Sequence record: MN850584.1
Strand: one strand, 5' to 3'
From: Escherichia phage arall
Length of the DNA stretch: 64,000 nt
Position numbers and translations under genes: made by a program. The notes under the pieces are model-generated. The model saw nothing but the letters and a program-made list of their open reading frames with translations, searched no databases and was not told the DNA's origin. Positions 52,338 through 61,503 of this stretch are shown here, piece by piece (within the stretch, counting starts at the first letter, position 1; each line of letters opens with the position of its first letter).

Positions 52338-55112
52338 TTAGTTTACCAGTTTATTTATATCTGGTAAAAGATTTATTTCACCTAAGAAATCACCTTCACC
52401 TTCCTCTAGCCAACTCTCATATGCTTGTGCATGATTATAGTTACCATCAAAAGAATCTGCAACAAATTTTTCTACAGTTTTTCGAGATGTGCCAGCGCCA
52501 AATACACCAAGTTTAATACCATTGATCGGTAAAGTGGTGCTTGTGGGTACTTTCTCTGTTGCAACACGGTTGATATCTATAATCTCCTGTACGGTTGTAT
52601 TCCATTGTAAGCATTTAACACAACGGGTGTGCGCTACATACAGTAGGTTTCGCTCTGCCTCTTCCAGTCCTACCCATTCACCAGTCTTTTTATCATAGTT
52701 GGAAGGAAAATCATTAGCAACAATAACCTGATCCCACTCCAAACCTTTAGACTTGTGTGCTGTAGTAAGTGTGACTTTTGCTGTAGGAGAATTTCTATGC
52801 GTTCTAAGTGTATGTGCTATAGTGTTTGCCTTACCAGAAACTACGATGTTTAACAAGCGTTTAGCATCTGGATCAGCCTCTGCACACTCAACAAATTCAT
52901 CCCAGTCTGCGTAAGGTAATACAGTTTCATGTTTTACTTTCTCAATATCTCCTCTCCGAAGAGCATTAACACTATCTACCATAGAGATAAAATCCCTGGT
53001 ATCTACGTTAATAATAATTTCTTCCCCATCTGCAATACGATCCATTGCCTCCATAAGCAAGGTTAAATTCTTGCGAAAGATGATAGTGTAAGGTTTTGTA
53101 TAGTCTACAACATCTGATTTGTAGCTACCTACTACAGTATCAAAGCCTTTACCAACCAAAGGGTGACGCAAAGGTTCTTTATCGCTTAAAATCATATTGG
53201 CAATGTTTGCCACTTTGGGGCCAAAACGGAAGCAAGCAGTTAATGGAAGCTCTGCCCCATACTTAGCTGTTTCAATCATCATATTAGAGCTACCTCTAAA
53301 TTGATAAATGCAGTTGTGGCTAAGAATTTCATTGCCAAAGAAGTTAGCAGTATCCTCTACTTCAATATCATAATAGATACCCTCACTATCTACAATGTCC
53401 ACAATCTCTTCTGCCGTTACAGTATCACCATCTTTTACCAACACAGACATGCCTTTAAACAAACCCGCTGCCGGAATTAAGTTATATTTGGCACTGTTCA
53501 CAGAGGACATGCATTCTTTTAAAGATGCAAACGGAACTATTTCAAGGATCTTTTGTGCAAAACTCAATGCTTCACGATAAGAATTGAAATATTTACGTAC
53601 ACGGTAACGACCTTCCAATTTAGCAGCACTTACGCTTACACCTGCTTTAATCAGTGAAGAATAGATCGGCATTTCACTTTCTGTCCACTCAAAACTAACT
53701 TGTGTTCCTTTACAACTTTGTGCTCGCAAAGTCACTGTTAGCATTTTTCTTTCATCTACTGCACAATTGATGCTGTGCCAGTGTGGATAAGCAAAATGAT
53801 AATCTTTATCCTCTAAAAGTTTAAAACCATTTTGTCCGAATTGTTCAAAGATGTTATTGATCCTTTCTTGATTAATGCCGCGTGAACTTGCTTCAAATAC
53901 ACAAGTAGGAATGCCATATTGTAAACTGTATGCCATTTCTTTTTCCATAGCAGCTTCACGGTTTTCAACAATATCCAACACCCATAATTTCTGTGCTTTT
54001 TCAGAACGTGTACGTTGCCCCAGTTTAGAAAAACCTTCTTTATCATCGAATTTGTTAGTGATCCCTACTCGGAAACCTAAATCTTTCCTCCACATTAGGT
54101 ATACCACCATCTGATCATCTTTCAGAACATAGGATGAAGCCCAAATACGATGGTTATGTGTCATATCTAAAGTTTTACCTGTGGCAGTAATAATATTCCT
54201 ACCTTTTGTACGTGTAGATAAAGTCTTATTTGTTACTTTTCTAAATGTAACTTTACCATTAGAGTAAGACTCTACCTTATCACCGATTTGCAGGTCTTTC
54301 ATTGTAACCTGACCATTCTCGGTATTAAGTACCGTGTTTTCCGACACACATTGGAATTCATCGCCCACTACCACAATTTGTTTTGCAGATTTAGCATTTC
54401 GCAGAATAGACAAGAATGCAGGGTTAACATCCTGGAATTCATCACCAAAAATAATATCATAACCAAGATCAGCACCAGACAATTCAAACAATTTTACATA
54501 GGTGTCATGCGTCATCAAAGTATCTGTATTAGGATCAATGCGCTCTCGCCACAATTGTTTTGCATACTTAACTACTTCTGTAATTAGTTTGTGTTCGTTA
54601 ATACCTTTTCTTTTAATATCTGCAAGATGTACACTAGGAAAATGTTTACGGCTGATAAAAGGATCATCCGAAAATTCAAACTTACCTACGGTTTGTTTGA
54701 TCATTAAACCAATCATAGCACGAGTTAACAGTGTTTTCCCTCGTTTATCAATAAGATTATTAATCTTAAATTTCTTTGCTATCTCGCTACCTGTACCTGC
54801 AACGTTAACATACTGTCCTTCTGGTCGTGACAGTTTTGCACGTAAACGATGATCCAGGAATTGATAGCAAATAGAATGCAATGTACGGCATTCTACATTT
54901 AGTGGCATCTTACGTCGTGCTTCTTCTGCCATGCTTTTATTGAAAGCTAAGTAAAGAATGCGATCTTCTGTACTGTTAGCCAGCAAATAAAGTGTTGACG
55001 TTTTGCCTGATCCAGATTTAGCTTGGATAGTTAAAAAGCGATGGTCTGGAAAAGCCTCCTTAATAGCTGTTTGCTCTTCTGTTGGAGTGAAGCTCAACTC
55101 TTTCTTAGCCAT
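52338..55112 (-). CDS. SF1 (UvrD/Rep-like) DNA helicase, intein-containing
   Basis: Start set at MAKKELSF (GAGG RBS); Walker A AKSGSGKT, motif II FGDEFQD, motif III VVVGDEFQ/CIYQFRGSS split by the intein, motif VI-like TAHKSKGLEWDQV. Confidence 0.7.
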   Translation of the reverse strand: MAKKELSFTPTEEQTAIKEAFPDHRFLTIQAKSGSGKTSTLYLLANSTEDRILYLAFNKSMAEEARRKMPLNVECRTLHSICYQFLDHRLRAKLSRPEGQYVNVAGTGSEIAKKFKINNLIDKRGKTLLTRAMIGLMIKQTVGKFEFSDDPFISRKHFPSVHLADIKRKGINEHKLITEVVKYAKQLWRERIDPNTDTLMTHDTYVKLFELSGADLGYDIIFGDEFQDVNPAFLSILRNAKSAKQIVVVGDEFQCVSENTVLNTENGQVTMKDLQIGDKVESYSNGKVTFRKVTNKTLSTRTKGRNIITATGKTLDMTHNHRIWASSYVLKDDQMVVYLMWRKDLGFRVGITNKFDDKEGFSKLGQRTRSEKAQKLWVLDIVENREAAMEKEMAYSLQYGIPTCVFEASSRGINQERINNIFEQFGQNGFKLLEDKDYHFAYPHWHSINCAVDERKMLTVTLRAQSCKGTQVSFEWTESEMPIYSSLIKAGVSVSAAKLEGRYRVRKYFNSYREALSFAQKILEIVPFASLKECMSSVNSAKYNLIPAAGLFKGMSVLVKDGDTVTAEEIVDIVDSEGIYYDIEVEDTANFFGNEILSHNCIYQFRGSSNMMIETAKYGAELPLTACFRFGPKVANIANMILSDKEPLRHPLVGKGFDTVVGSYKSDVVDYTKPYTIIFRKNLTLLMEAMDRIADGEEIIINVDTRDFISMVDSVNALRRGDIEKVKHETVLPYADWDEFVECAEADPDAKRLLNIVVSGKANTIAHTLRTHRNSPTAKVTLTTAHKSKGLEWDQVIVANDFPSNYDKKTGEWVGLEEAERNLLYVAHTRCVKCLQWNTTVQEIIDINRVATEKVPTSTTLPINGIKLGVFGAGTSRKTVEKFVADSFDGNYNHAQAYESWLEEGEGDFLGEINLLPDINKLVN
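53313..54350 (-). mobile_element. intein (346 aa) inserted in helicase motif III
   Basis: N-terminal CVSENTVLNTENG, block B-like MTHNH, C-terminal …EILSHN followed by extein Cys; removing it restores VVVGDEFQ-CIYQFRGSS. Confidence 0.6.
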
Positions 55113-55113
55113 T

Positions 55114-55590
55114 TCAACCTCTCTTAATTTGTTTAACAAGCATAGGAACAAAATCTCGTTTTAAAATTTGTTCAATAATATGATCAGGTAGCTGTTGGAA
55201 ATTATAATTAAAAGCTACTGTCTCACCTTTAGGTGTTTCTACCCGCACATATAACATGTTACGAAGTTTATCCACTTGTGCTGTGTATTCTAAACCATGT
55301 AATTGATGCATTGCAAACATCAAATCATCAGTTTCAGTTTGGAATCTATCATTTGCTTGCATTAAGGACAAGGTAAAAGGTAGATTTTCCCTAAGAGCCA
55401 CCTTCTTAGGAACTAGTGAAGGAAAATACTCACCAATAACTTCCTGTGTAAGCTGGATACACTCTTTTTCAAGTTGGTTTTGTTCCTTAAGTTCACAAAC
55501 ACTTTTTTGTAAAGTGTTAACCTCTTTTTGCAAAGCTGCTAGTTGAGCACTTAACTTTCTTTTTTGATTACGACCAAAACGTTTAGACAT
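55114..55590 (-). CDS. hypothetical protein
   Basis: 158 aa; basic N-terminus with coiled coil. Confidence 0.45.
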   Translation of the reverse strand: MSKRFGRNQKRKLSAQLAALQKEVNTLQKSVCELKEQNQLEKECIQLTQEVIGEYFPSLVPKKVALRENLPFTLSLMQANDRFQTETDDLMFAMHQLHGLEYTAQVDKLRNMLYVRVETPKGETVAFNYNFQQLPDHIIEQILKRDFVPMLVKQIKRG

Positions 55591-55598
55591 ATTTCCCC

Positions 55599-56114
55599 CT
55601 AGTAAAACCCTTTAACAATCTGTATTAACTCGGCACAACGGTTGACCAACTTTTCCTCATACAATACACGTTGTGGCATATGTTGTATAATATACTCCAT
55701 TTGCTCATGCCATGTCCACTTTTCTTTTTTGTCCGGGATAACATCACTAGCACGAGAATTATCTTTTAATGTTTGTATAATCCAATTGCTTGGAAAGTGC
55801 TCTCCACCTTTCTTAAATGGTTTATAGTGGCCTAGAGTGAATTGAGAATCCCCTGTTAGAGCACCCAATTTATTTAGATGGATAATCAAACTACGAAACA
55901 CATAGTATTCATAGATGTTATCCACCGTATAGCAAGCATAATATTTCAAGATGCCCTTATCTCGCGGATACTTACCAACATCCAGATTGCACCAGTTGAC
56001 ATTTTCTGGATCATAGTGGTGTTCCTTAAGCCATATTTCTCTTTCATCAAAGTCTGGATATATTACCGCTCTGCTTACAGAGTCAACAAGTGGAGATTGA
56101 GCATCAAAAAACAT
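55599..56114 (-). CDS. hypothetical protein
   Basis: 171 aa ORF. Confidence 0.45.
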   Translation of the reverse strand: MFFDAQSPLVDSVSRAVIYPDFDEREIWLKEHHYDPENVNWCNLDVGKYPRDKGILKYYACYTVDNIYEYYVFRSLIIHLNKLGALTGDSQFTLGHYKPFKKGGEHFPSNWIIQTLKDNSRASDVIPDKKEKWTWHEQMEYIIQHMPQRVLYEEKLVNRCAELIQIVKGFY

Positions 56115-56135
56115 TATATTTTCCTTATTGGTTTG

Positions 56136-56501
56136 TTAAACGTTTTCTAAATCTTTTAAGGCATTACCCAACGTTAGAACAATAACATCGTTTGCTGCCT
56201 CTTCCCCATTGATATTGGTGAAATTTGGTGTGACAAAAGTAACCATATAAAACTCGTCCACCTGGAAGATAGCAATAACACCATCCATCTTAACATCTTG
56301 ACGAAAGGAAAAACCAAGCATCTTCTCTTGCAAAGGCATATCCCCTTCCTTCATTACTGCCAGGGAGTTTTCAGGAATGTTATATTTATCTGCTCCGATG
56401 TAGATGTACGTAATGTTATCTTTATCGTGATGATACAGGGTTGCTTTTTCCATATCTAAACCTGACAGATCAAATACGTTAATTTCTTGTGTAGTCTTCA
56501 T
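56136..56501 (-). CDS. hypothetical protein
   Basis: 122 aa from ATG at 56501 (MKTTQEINVF) with GGGAGGA RBS. Confidence 0.45.
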   Translation of the reverse strand: MKTTQEINVFDLSGLDMEKATLYHHDKDNITYIYIGADKYNIPENSLAVMKEGDMPLQEKMLGFSFRQDVKMDGVIAIFQVDEFYMVTFVTPNFTNINGEEAANDVIVLTLGNALKDLENV

Positions 56502-56889
56502 AAATATCCTCCCAAATCCAATAATCATCTGTGTAAGTAGGATGCCTTTTATCCCACTCTGTTCTAGCCCAAGCAACCGCTGCTACCAACACATCACCAT
56601 GACAAGGTTGAGGTGCGCAGAAGCAAACTAAGTCTTTCCCTTCTAATTCTAACAAATCCTCAAGAGTGATTTTACCACAACGAATTTGTTCCCACAACCA
56701 CTCTTTATATCTTTGTATAGTTGATCCTCGTGGTTCATCATCCTTTAACTTAAAAGGATTTGCAAACTTTGAGGCTTTTAACCCCATATGAGGCATAGCT
56801 CTGCCAATGTAAACTGCACCTTCAGGTATTACTTTACCTAAGTGGTAAAAATTTAATACTTTCATATTAACCCAAACACATCTGTGCAA
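56479..56889 (-). CDS. hypothetical protein with conserved GNPF-like and Cys/His motifs
   Basis: 136 aa; SKFANPF … LVCFCAPQPCHGDVL; family not confirmed. Confidence 0.4.
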   Translation of the reverse strand: MHRCVWVNMKVLNFYHLGKVIPEGAVYIGRAMPHMGLKASKFANPFKLKDDEPRGSTIQRYKEWLWEQIRCGKITLEDLLELEGKDLVCFCAPQPCHGDVLVAAVAWARTEWDKRHPTYTDDYWIWEDIYEDYTRN

Positions 56890-57217
56890 TCAAGCCCTGT
56901 ATAAATTTATTAGCTTCTTTACTGTCGTAGTCAGTCTCTTCTGGATATCCATCTTCATCGTACACAACTGTACCTTCAATATACCCTGCCTCAATTAAGG
57001 CGCGGATCATATCAAATTGCCAGCATGAGTTACCAAATGGACGTTTACCATTAAAACACTCTTCTTCTCTCCATAACGTAGAGAGTAGTTGTCGGAAATA
57101 TTCCCGTACAGTGACAGTACCAAGATCTGAATCCTCAAACATAACATCCAGGGCATCAGGATTGCTTTTCTCTACATAAGGGATATATTTAACACCGTTA
57201 ATAGTTACATCAAGCAT
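56867..57217 (-). CDS. hypothetical protein
   Basis: 116 aa acidic ORF. Confidence 0.4.
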   Translation of the reverse strand: MLDVTINGVKYIPYVEKSNPDALDVMFEDSDLGTVTVREYFRQLLSTLWREEECFNGKRPFGNSCWQFDMIRALIEAGYIEGTVVYDEDGYPEETDYDSKEANKFIQGLIAQMCLG

Positions 57218-57580
57218 TTATTTCTCCTTATCATCATATTCTAAGAACATATCTGCACGATATGCTTTACGCTCTTCAAACTTAGCAGGATCTACAACAA
57301 TAAGCAATACAAGGTTAATATCTAAATACTTCTTAACAAATAGAAATAAATCTTTTCCACAGTTAAAACCTACACCAGTATAGGCATCCCCATATTGATC
57401 TACTGATTTAATCTTCTTACTAACCGTACACTCTATGCTATTCTTTTCTTCTTGGTATAAGGCTTTCCCACCCCAATATGTAAAGAATTTAGTACCGTCA
57501 GCACCAAGTTTAAAACCCTCTGTTGCATGTCCCGCAAATGAAAGTAAGCATAACCAAGTGATCATCAGGTACTTTAGCAT
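57218..57580 (-). CDS. secreted/periplasmic protein
   Basis: 120 aa from ATG at 57580; signal peptide MLKYLMITWLCLLSFAGHA. Confidence 0.4.
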   Translation of the reverse strand: MLKYLMITWLCLLSFAGHATEGFKLGADGTKFFTYWGGKALYQEEKNSIECTVSKKIKSVDQYGDAYTGVGFNCGKDLFLFVKKYLDINLVLLIVVDPAKFEERKAYRADMFLEYDDKEK

Positions 57581-57581
57581 T

Positions 57582-58064
57582 TTAACCACCCAATTGCAAA
57601 TGTTTAGAAAGAACAATATCCCACTGATCACCACAACCGTTATCTATGCGGAACATAATGTACGTATCATCTTCTTCTACGACATATAATACCTCATAGG
57701 AATTACAACAGCCTTCCCAATTTTTAACAGCTTCTGGTGTATCATGTGTAAAAATTTCATTACCATCATATGACCAAAACAAAGGGGTAAGGTTTTCGAA
57801 GGTCAGTGAAGTAGGGTTTACTTCATCTTTAACTGCTTCCTCATATTCTTTATGCGTTTGTACTGCTTTAGTTAGTGTACTCATGTCTATCTCCTTTTCT
57901 CCTTCTTGACTATGGAGGATAGCAAACTCTCTAAACTCCACTTCACGCCATGTTTTCAGGTAGTGCTTTATAATTTTATCAACATCTGCCTGTTCAACAT
58001 TACTTTTCAAGCAATAGTAATCATGGTCTTCGCCCATTCTACCCCATATGCTATACATTGTCAT
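57582..58064 (-). CDS. hypothetical protein
   Basis: 160 aa acidic ORF. Confidence 0.45.
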   Translation of the reverse strand: MTMYSIWGRMGEDHDYYCLKSNVEQADVDKIIKHYLKTWREVEFREFAILHSQEGEKEIDMSTLTKAVQTHKEYEEAVKDEVNPTSLTFENLTPLFWSYDGNEIFTHDTPEAVKNWEGCCNSYEVLYVVEEDDTYIMFRIDNGCGDQWDIVLSKHLQLGG

Positions 58065-58332
58065 CTGATTGATCCTTTACATTGTTCTTGGCATACACAG
58101 GAATAACATCGTCGTGATCTTTATTACTTTCATCTGTTAAAGCCCAAAACAATTTACCTGCTGGATGTTTAAAGATGTAAGCAATAGGTTCCTCTTCCTG
58201 GGCTTCTTTGCTACGGATACCATCCCGCCAGGCAAGCCAAGTGTAGATCATCACTTCTTGACGTTCTTCTTCGTTAGGCCACATATGTGGTGGAAAGTTT
58301 TTATCAAACCATTGCTTAAATTCTTCAGTCAT
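58051..58332 (-). CDS. hypothetical protein
   Basis: 93 aa; AGGAG RBS. Confidence 0.45.
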   Translation of the reverse strand: MTEEFKQWFDKNFPPHMWPNEEERQEVMIYTWLAWRDGIRSKEAQEEEPIAYIFKHPAGKLFWALTDESNKDHDDVIPVYAKNNVKDQSDDNV

Positions 58333-58342
58333 AGTCTACTCC

Positions 58343-58507
58343 TTAACGTACAAAGTTAACCTCTGCTTCTTTCAGCTTTGACACTTCTACATAACCACCA
58401 TGATCATCTTTAATCCATTCTTTTCCTTTACGGATGATAACAGGATATGTAGAGTGAGTAAGTTTAGGTACAGATCTTTTTGTTTTAGTGATAGAAATGT
58501 TTTGCAT
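58343..58507 (-). CDS. small basic protein (below ORF-track size cutoff)
   Basis: 54 aa (MQNISITKTKRSVPKL…); AAGGAG RBS 7 nt upstream; fills an otherwise 235-nt gap. Confidence 0.35.
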   Translation of the reverse strand: MQNISITKTKRSVPKLTHSTYPVIIRKGKEWIKDDHGGYVEVSKLKEAEVNFVR

Positions 58508-58567
58508 AGTAGTCTCCTTAGTAAATTTTACAAAGAGTCTAGATTATTTAGTAGATAGAGTCAATAA

Positions 58568-58834
58568 CTAATTACTGTTAGATCTGTATTCTGTCTTCCA
58601 TTCACAATGGTAAACTTCAACAGGTTCTAACTTCCAATGTTCAGGAACTAATTCAGGACAATATCTACAAAAGAGAAATAGATAGATAACTAAGACAGGT
58701 ATTAAATAGTAAAATGGTATACGATCATAACCATACTTACGAGATAACATGTAGACGTATAGATAGGGTATAACAATTAATCCTATAACTATAAGTAAGA
58801 AGAGAAGTATAAACCTTAGTGTAGTAACATCCAT
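58568..58834 (-). CDS. small two-TM membrane protein
   Basis: 88 aa; AGGAGA RBS; two hydrophobic helices. Confidence 0.45.
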   Translation of the reverse strand: MDVTTLRFILLFLLIVIGLIVIPYLYVYMLSRKYGYDRIPFYYLIPVLVIYLFLFCRYCPELVPEHWKLEPVEVYHCEWKTEYRSNSN

Positions 58835-58998
58835 AGTATTCTCCTATACAGTAATATACTCTGTTCCTGCCCCTCCATGAGTGACAGGAACAATATCTAT
58901 AGAGAATACTAACTCGCTTCGCTCGTCACCTTTCAGGTTTAGGGTAGCATGTTTTTCTGAAAAAGTCAATACTCTCCACAAAACTTTACAAAATACTT

Positions 58999-59271
58999 TT
59001 ACATAGGTACAACAGAGTCTGTTTTGAAGTCGTACATATGATTTACACCTGTGATTTTTGACATAGAGATTGCACGTTTAGCACCTGCAATTACCTGGTC
59101 TGTCTTCTTAATCTCTTCACGGAACTTACGTACAGTTAAAGAGAAGAAACGATGATCCATCCATTGACGATTCACACGATCACGCTTGAAGTGACGGAAA
59201 TCTTCAATCTGTTTATTGCGCAATCGGCGCAGTACATGCAATAGTTGATAGTAAGGGTGTTTATTTTTCAT
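58999..59271 (-). CDS. hypothetical basic protein
   Basis: 90 aa; Arg/Lys-rich. Confidence 0.4.
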   Translation of the reverse strand: MKNKHPYYQLLHVLRRLRNKQIEDFRHFKRDRVNRQWMDHRFFSLTVRKFREEIKKTDQVIAGAKRAISMSKITGVNHMYDFKTDSVVPM

Positions 59272-59274
59272 AAA

Positions 59275-59703
59275 TTATTCTCCAAATCGAAAATCGTCAA
59301 TATCATCAAACCATACACAATGGCGAGTCCTTTCTTTTTCTGTTGCAGACATTGTTTCAACAGCTTTAGGACTAAGCACAACAGGAATGTAACGAACAGG
59401 TCGTTCATAATAGTAGCCATACTTTTCTGTATTAGCTGCCTCAAAGACTTTACGGCGTTCTTCAAGATCTTCTATGGTGAATCCTACCATATAACCATCA
59501 TGTTTGCTACCCCATCCTTCCTCACTTTCAACAATCGGGATATAAAAGCCGTTACGAGTCCCTGACACTGGTTTTTCTTGAGCCTGAAGGCAAGCCTCCC
59601 ATCCTGCTTTAAAGACGTTATAGAGCGATTTACGCACATTATGAGTGCCGCTTTCGCTTGCTGGATATAGTTCATTAAATTTGTCTTGAATTTGTTGTGT
59701 CAT
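59275..59703 (-). CDS. hypothetical protein
   Basis: 142 aa; GGGGCGAG upstream. Confidence 0.45.
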   Translation of the reverse strand: MTQQIQDKFNELYPASESGTHNVRKSLYNVFKAGWEACLQAQEKPVSGTRNGFYIPIVESEEGWGSKHDGYMVGFTIEDLEERRKVFEAANTEKYGYYYERPVRYIPVVLSPKAVETMSATEKERTRHCVWFDDIDDFRFGE

Positions 59704-59846
59704 ACTCGCCCCTTAGTGATTATTTGACCAGCTAAACAAATAGCTTGTAGTACAATAAAGAAGTAGCCTAATTTTACACTACCCAATACCCAAAATGCAA
59801 TGTTTGCAAACAAACAAAAAGCAATATTAAGTCTAAAGAATAACAT

Positions 59847-60047
59847 TTAATCCCCTTCATATTTAGGTAAAGGCATATATGCCACAATAGGAGGGTAATC
59901 AAAGTGAAAATGATGGTTCACCACAATAATCTTACCAGACATACTTTTATGCACTTCACAATACCCTTTTTCACCATCTTCCATTACCACCACATACTCA
60001 CCTAGTGGGATATCGTATGGATCTTCTACTTTTACCCATTCTGTCAT
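59847..60047 (-). CDS. hypothetical protein
   Basis: 66 aa ORF. Confidence 0.4.
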   Translation of the reverse strand: MTEWVKVEDPYDIPLGEYVVVMEDGEKGYCEVHKSMSGKIIVVNHHFHFDYPPIVAYMPLPKYEGD

Positions 60048-60058
60048 TTTGGAAACAC

Positions 60059-60313
60059 CTATTGTCCATCTTCATGCATTTGTAGTAAAGTTTCACAGAT
60101 TTCATACACATCTTGGTATGTTACAACTGAGAGATCAGAGTCTTGATCTTCGACAAGCATAGCACAAAGAGCTTTAATATCAATACCTTTACAATGTTCC
60201 GTAGCTATACGGTACATTTCACCATCCTCCCAAACAATTGGTTGCGGAAGCAAAACGTCTGTACCATCTTCACAAGTTACAATGTAATCTGCAATATTAT
60301 CACGAATTTTCAT
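60059..60313 (-). CDS. hypothetical protein
   Basis: 84 aa acidic ORF; overlaps neighbour stop. Confidence 0.4.
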   Translation of the reverse strand: MKIRDNIADYIVTCEDGTDVLLPQPIVWEDGEMYRIATEHCKGIDIKALCAMLVEDQDSDLSVVTYQDVYEICETLLQMHEDGQ

Positions 60314-60567
60314 TGTACTACCCCCTTAAATCCAGATGTGCTGCCAGTTTTAACTTTTGCTTTAAGATGTTCCAACTCTACCATAGGTGTTGCTACTTGT
60401 ATAGGATTTTCCTCAACCTTATGAATATAATATTCATAATAAGCATACTTACCAATAGAGTGCAGATACTTAATTGCATGTTCAGGCGAATCTGCTTCGA
60501 CATACCCTAAATCTTTTGTGGTACGACCTTCGCAATCACCTTCGGTAGTTACATGATAAAGTGTCAT
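60310..60567 (-). CDS. hypothetical protein
   Basis: 85 aa; GAGGAGG RBS. Confidence 0.45.
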   Translation of the reverse strand: MTLYHVTTEGDCEGRTTKDLGYVEADSPEHAIKYLHSIGKYAYYEYYIHKVEENPIQVATPMVELEHLKAKVKTGSTSGFKGVVQ

Positions 60568-60716
60568 AAAACCTCCTCATAGTAAGGTAAAGCCTTGATC
60601 AGTTGTTCTGAAGTGCCATTTTGCACCCACGTAACCCCGTTGTCAACAGAAACATACCCTTTTTTGTCAATAAATTTACGCAGACAGCCAGTGAACTTAT
60701 TTTTGTAGATAACCAT
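60564..60716 (-). CDS. small protein (below ORF-track size cutoff)
   Basis: 50 aa (MVIYKNKFTGCLRKF…); AAGGAG RBS; stop overlaps next start (ATGA). Confidence 0.3.
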   Translation of the reverse strand: MVIYKNKFTGCLRKFIDKKGYVSVDNGVTWVQNGTSEQLIKALPYYEEVL

Positions 60717-60728
60717 GTTCACTCCTTG

Positions 60729-61082
60729 TTACATCCACAGATTATGAAAATACTTAGCAAACAAAATGCGACCTTCTAAACGATCTTGCCGCTGTTTTTC
60801 ATTAACCTCTTCTGGTGGAGTTGAGTCCTTAAAAGAAGACTCCATTTTTTCAAGAATTTCTAACCAGTGTTCTGCTGCTCGTTCTTCCATATAAGGTAGA
60901 TAGTCACCTTTAGCGTGTGGGTACATCCGACGAAGTAACCCACTAGGAATTTTAACATTGTTTGTGGCTATCACTTTTGCACGATATGCAGAAAGTGCAT
61001 TGTAGATCAGTTTACTTAGTGTCACATCTAGATCAAGAAGATCACTCTCTTCAAATTGAATTTCATCGTGTACAATTTTCAT
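60729..61082 (-). CDS. hypothetical protein
   Basis: 117 aa; AAGGAGAG RBS. Confidence 0.45.
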   Translation of the reverse strand: MKIVHDEIQFEESDLLDLDVTLSKLIYNALSAYRAKVIATNNVKIPSGLLRRMYPHAKGDYLPYMEERAAEHWLEILEKMESSFKDSTPPEEVNEKQRQDRLEGRILFAKYFHNLWM

Positions 61083-61093
61083 ATCACTCTCCT

Positions 61094-61384
61094 TTATAGT
61101 AAAACACGTTTTGCACTGCTTGGTGCATTGTCGAACATGTTTATCACTTTGTCAAGTTTGTGTATTAACTCGTTCGTAATGTTCCACTCTTTGTATGATC
61201 TCCATTGTTTCTTATTCTCACCTACCTGGTGTAAAACTTTGATGGGTGCATTCAAACGTACATTGCGTTCTTTGTCCTCTTCAAAAGAGGCTAACCATTT
61301 TTCGTTATGCCCATGAACAGCAATAATAATGCCAAAACCATCAAAAGTTTCTGTAATATTCTTAGTTGCTAGTGTGATGTTCAT
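61094..61384 (-). CDS. hypothetical protein (first gene of the - strand block)
   Basis: 96 aa; AAGAGG RBS; upstream is the divergent intergenic region. Confidence 0.45.
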   Translation of the reverse strand: MNITLATKNITETFDGFGIIIAVHGHNEKWLASFEEDKERNVRLNAPIKVLHQVGENKKQWRSYKEWNITNELIHKLDKVINMFDNAPSSAKRVLL

Positions 61385-61442
61385 ATCTAACCTCTTTTGT
61401 TACGATGCACACAGAGTACCAGAAATTAATTTCAGATCAAGT

Positions 61443-61470
61443 ATTGACATACTGTTTTATTGTGCTAATC
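61443..61470 (+). promoter_or_regulatory. sigma-A/sigma-70-like promoter with extended -10
   Basis: TTGACA (61443-61448), 16-nt spacer ending in TGc, TAATCT; 34 nt upstream of the 61504 start. Confidence 0.4.
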
Positions 61471-61503
61471 TTAATGCATACACAAATGAGAGGAGATAAA
61501 CGA

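Noticed and set aside
55113-55151. 5' extension of the helicase ORF (MFLCLLNKLREVE)
   Set aside because: The ATG at 55112 follows a GAGG RBS and does not intrude into the upstream gene.
58333-58567. 235-nt apparent non-coding gap considered for a tRNA or ncRNA
   Set aside because: No cloverleaf-compatible stems were seen; the gap instead holds a 54-aa ORF with a strong AAGGAG RBS (58343-58507).
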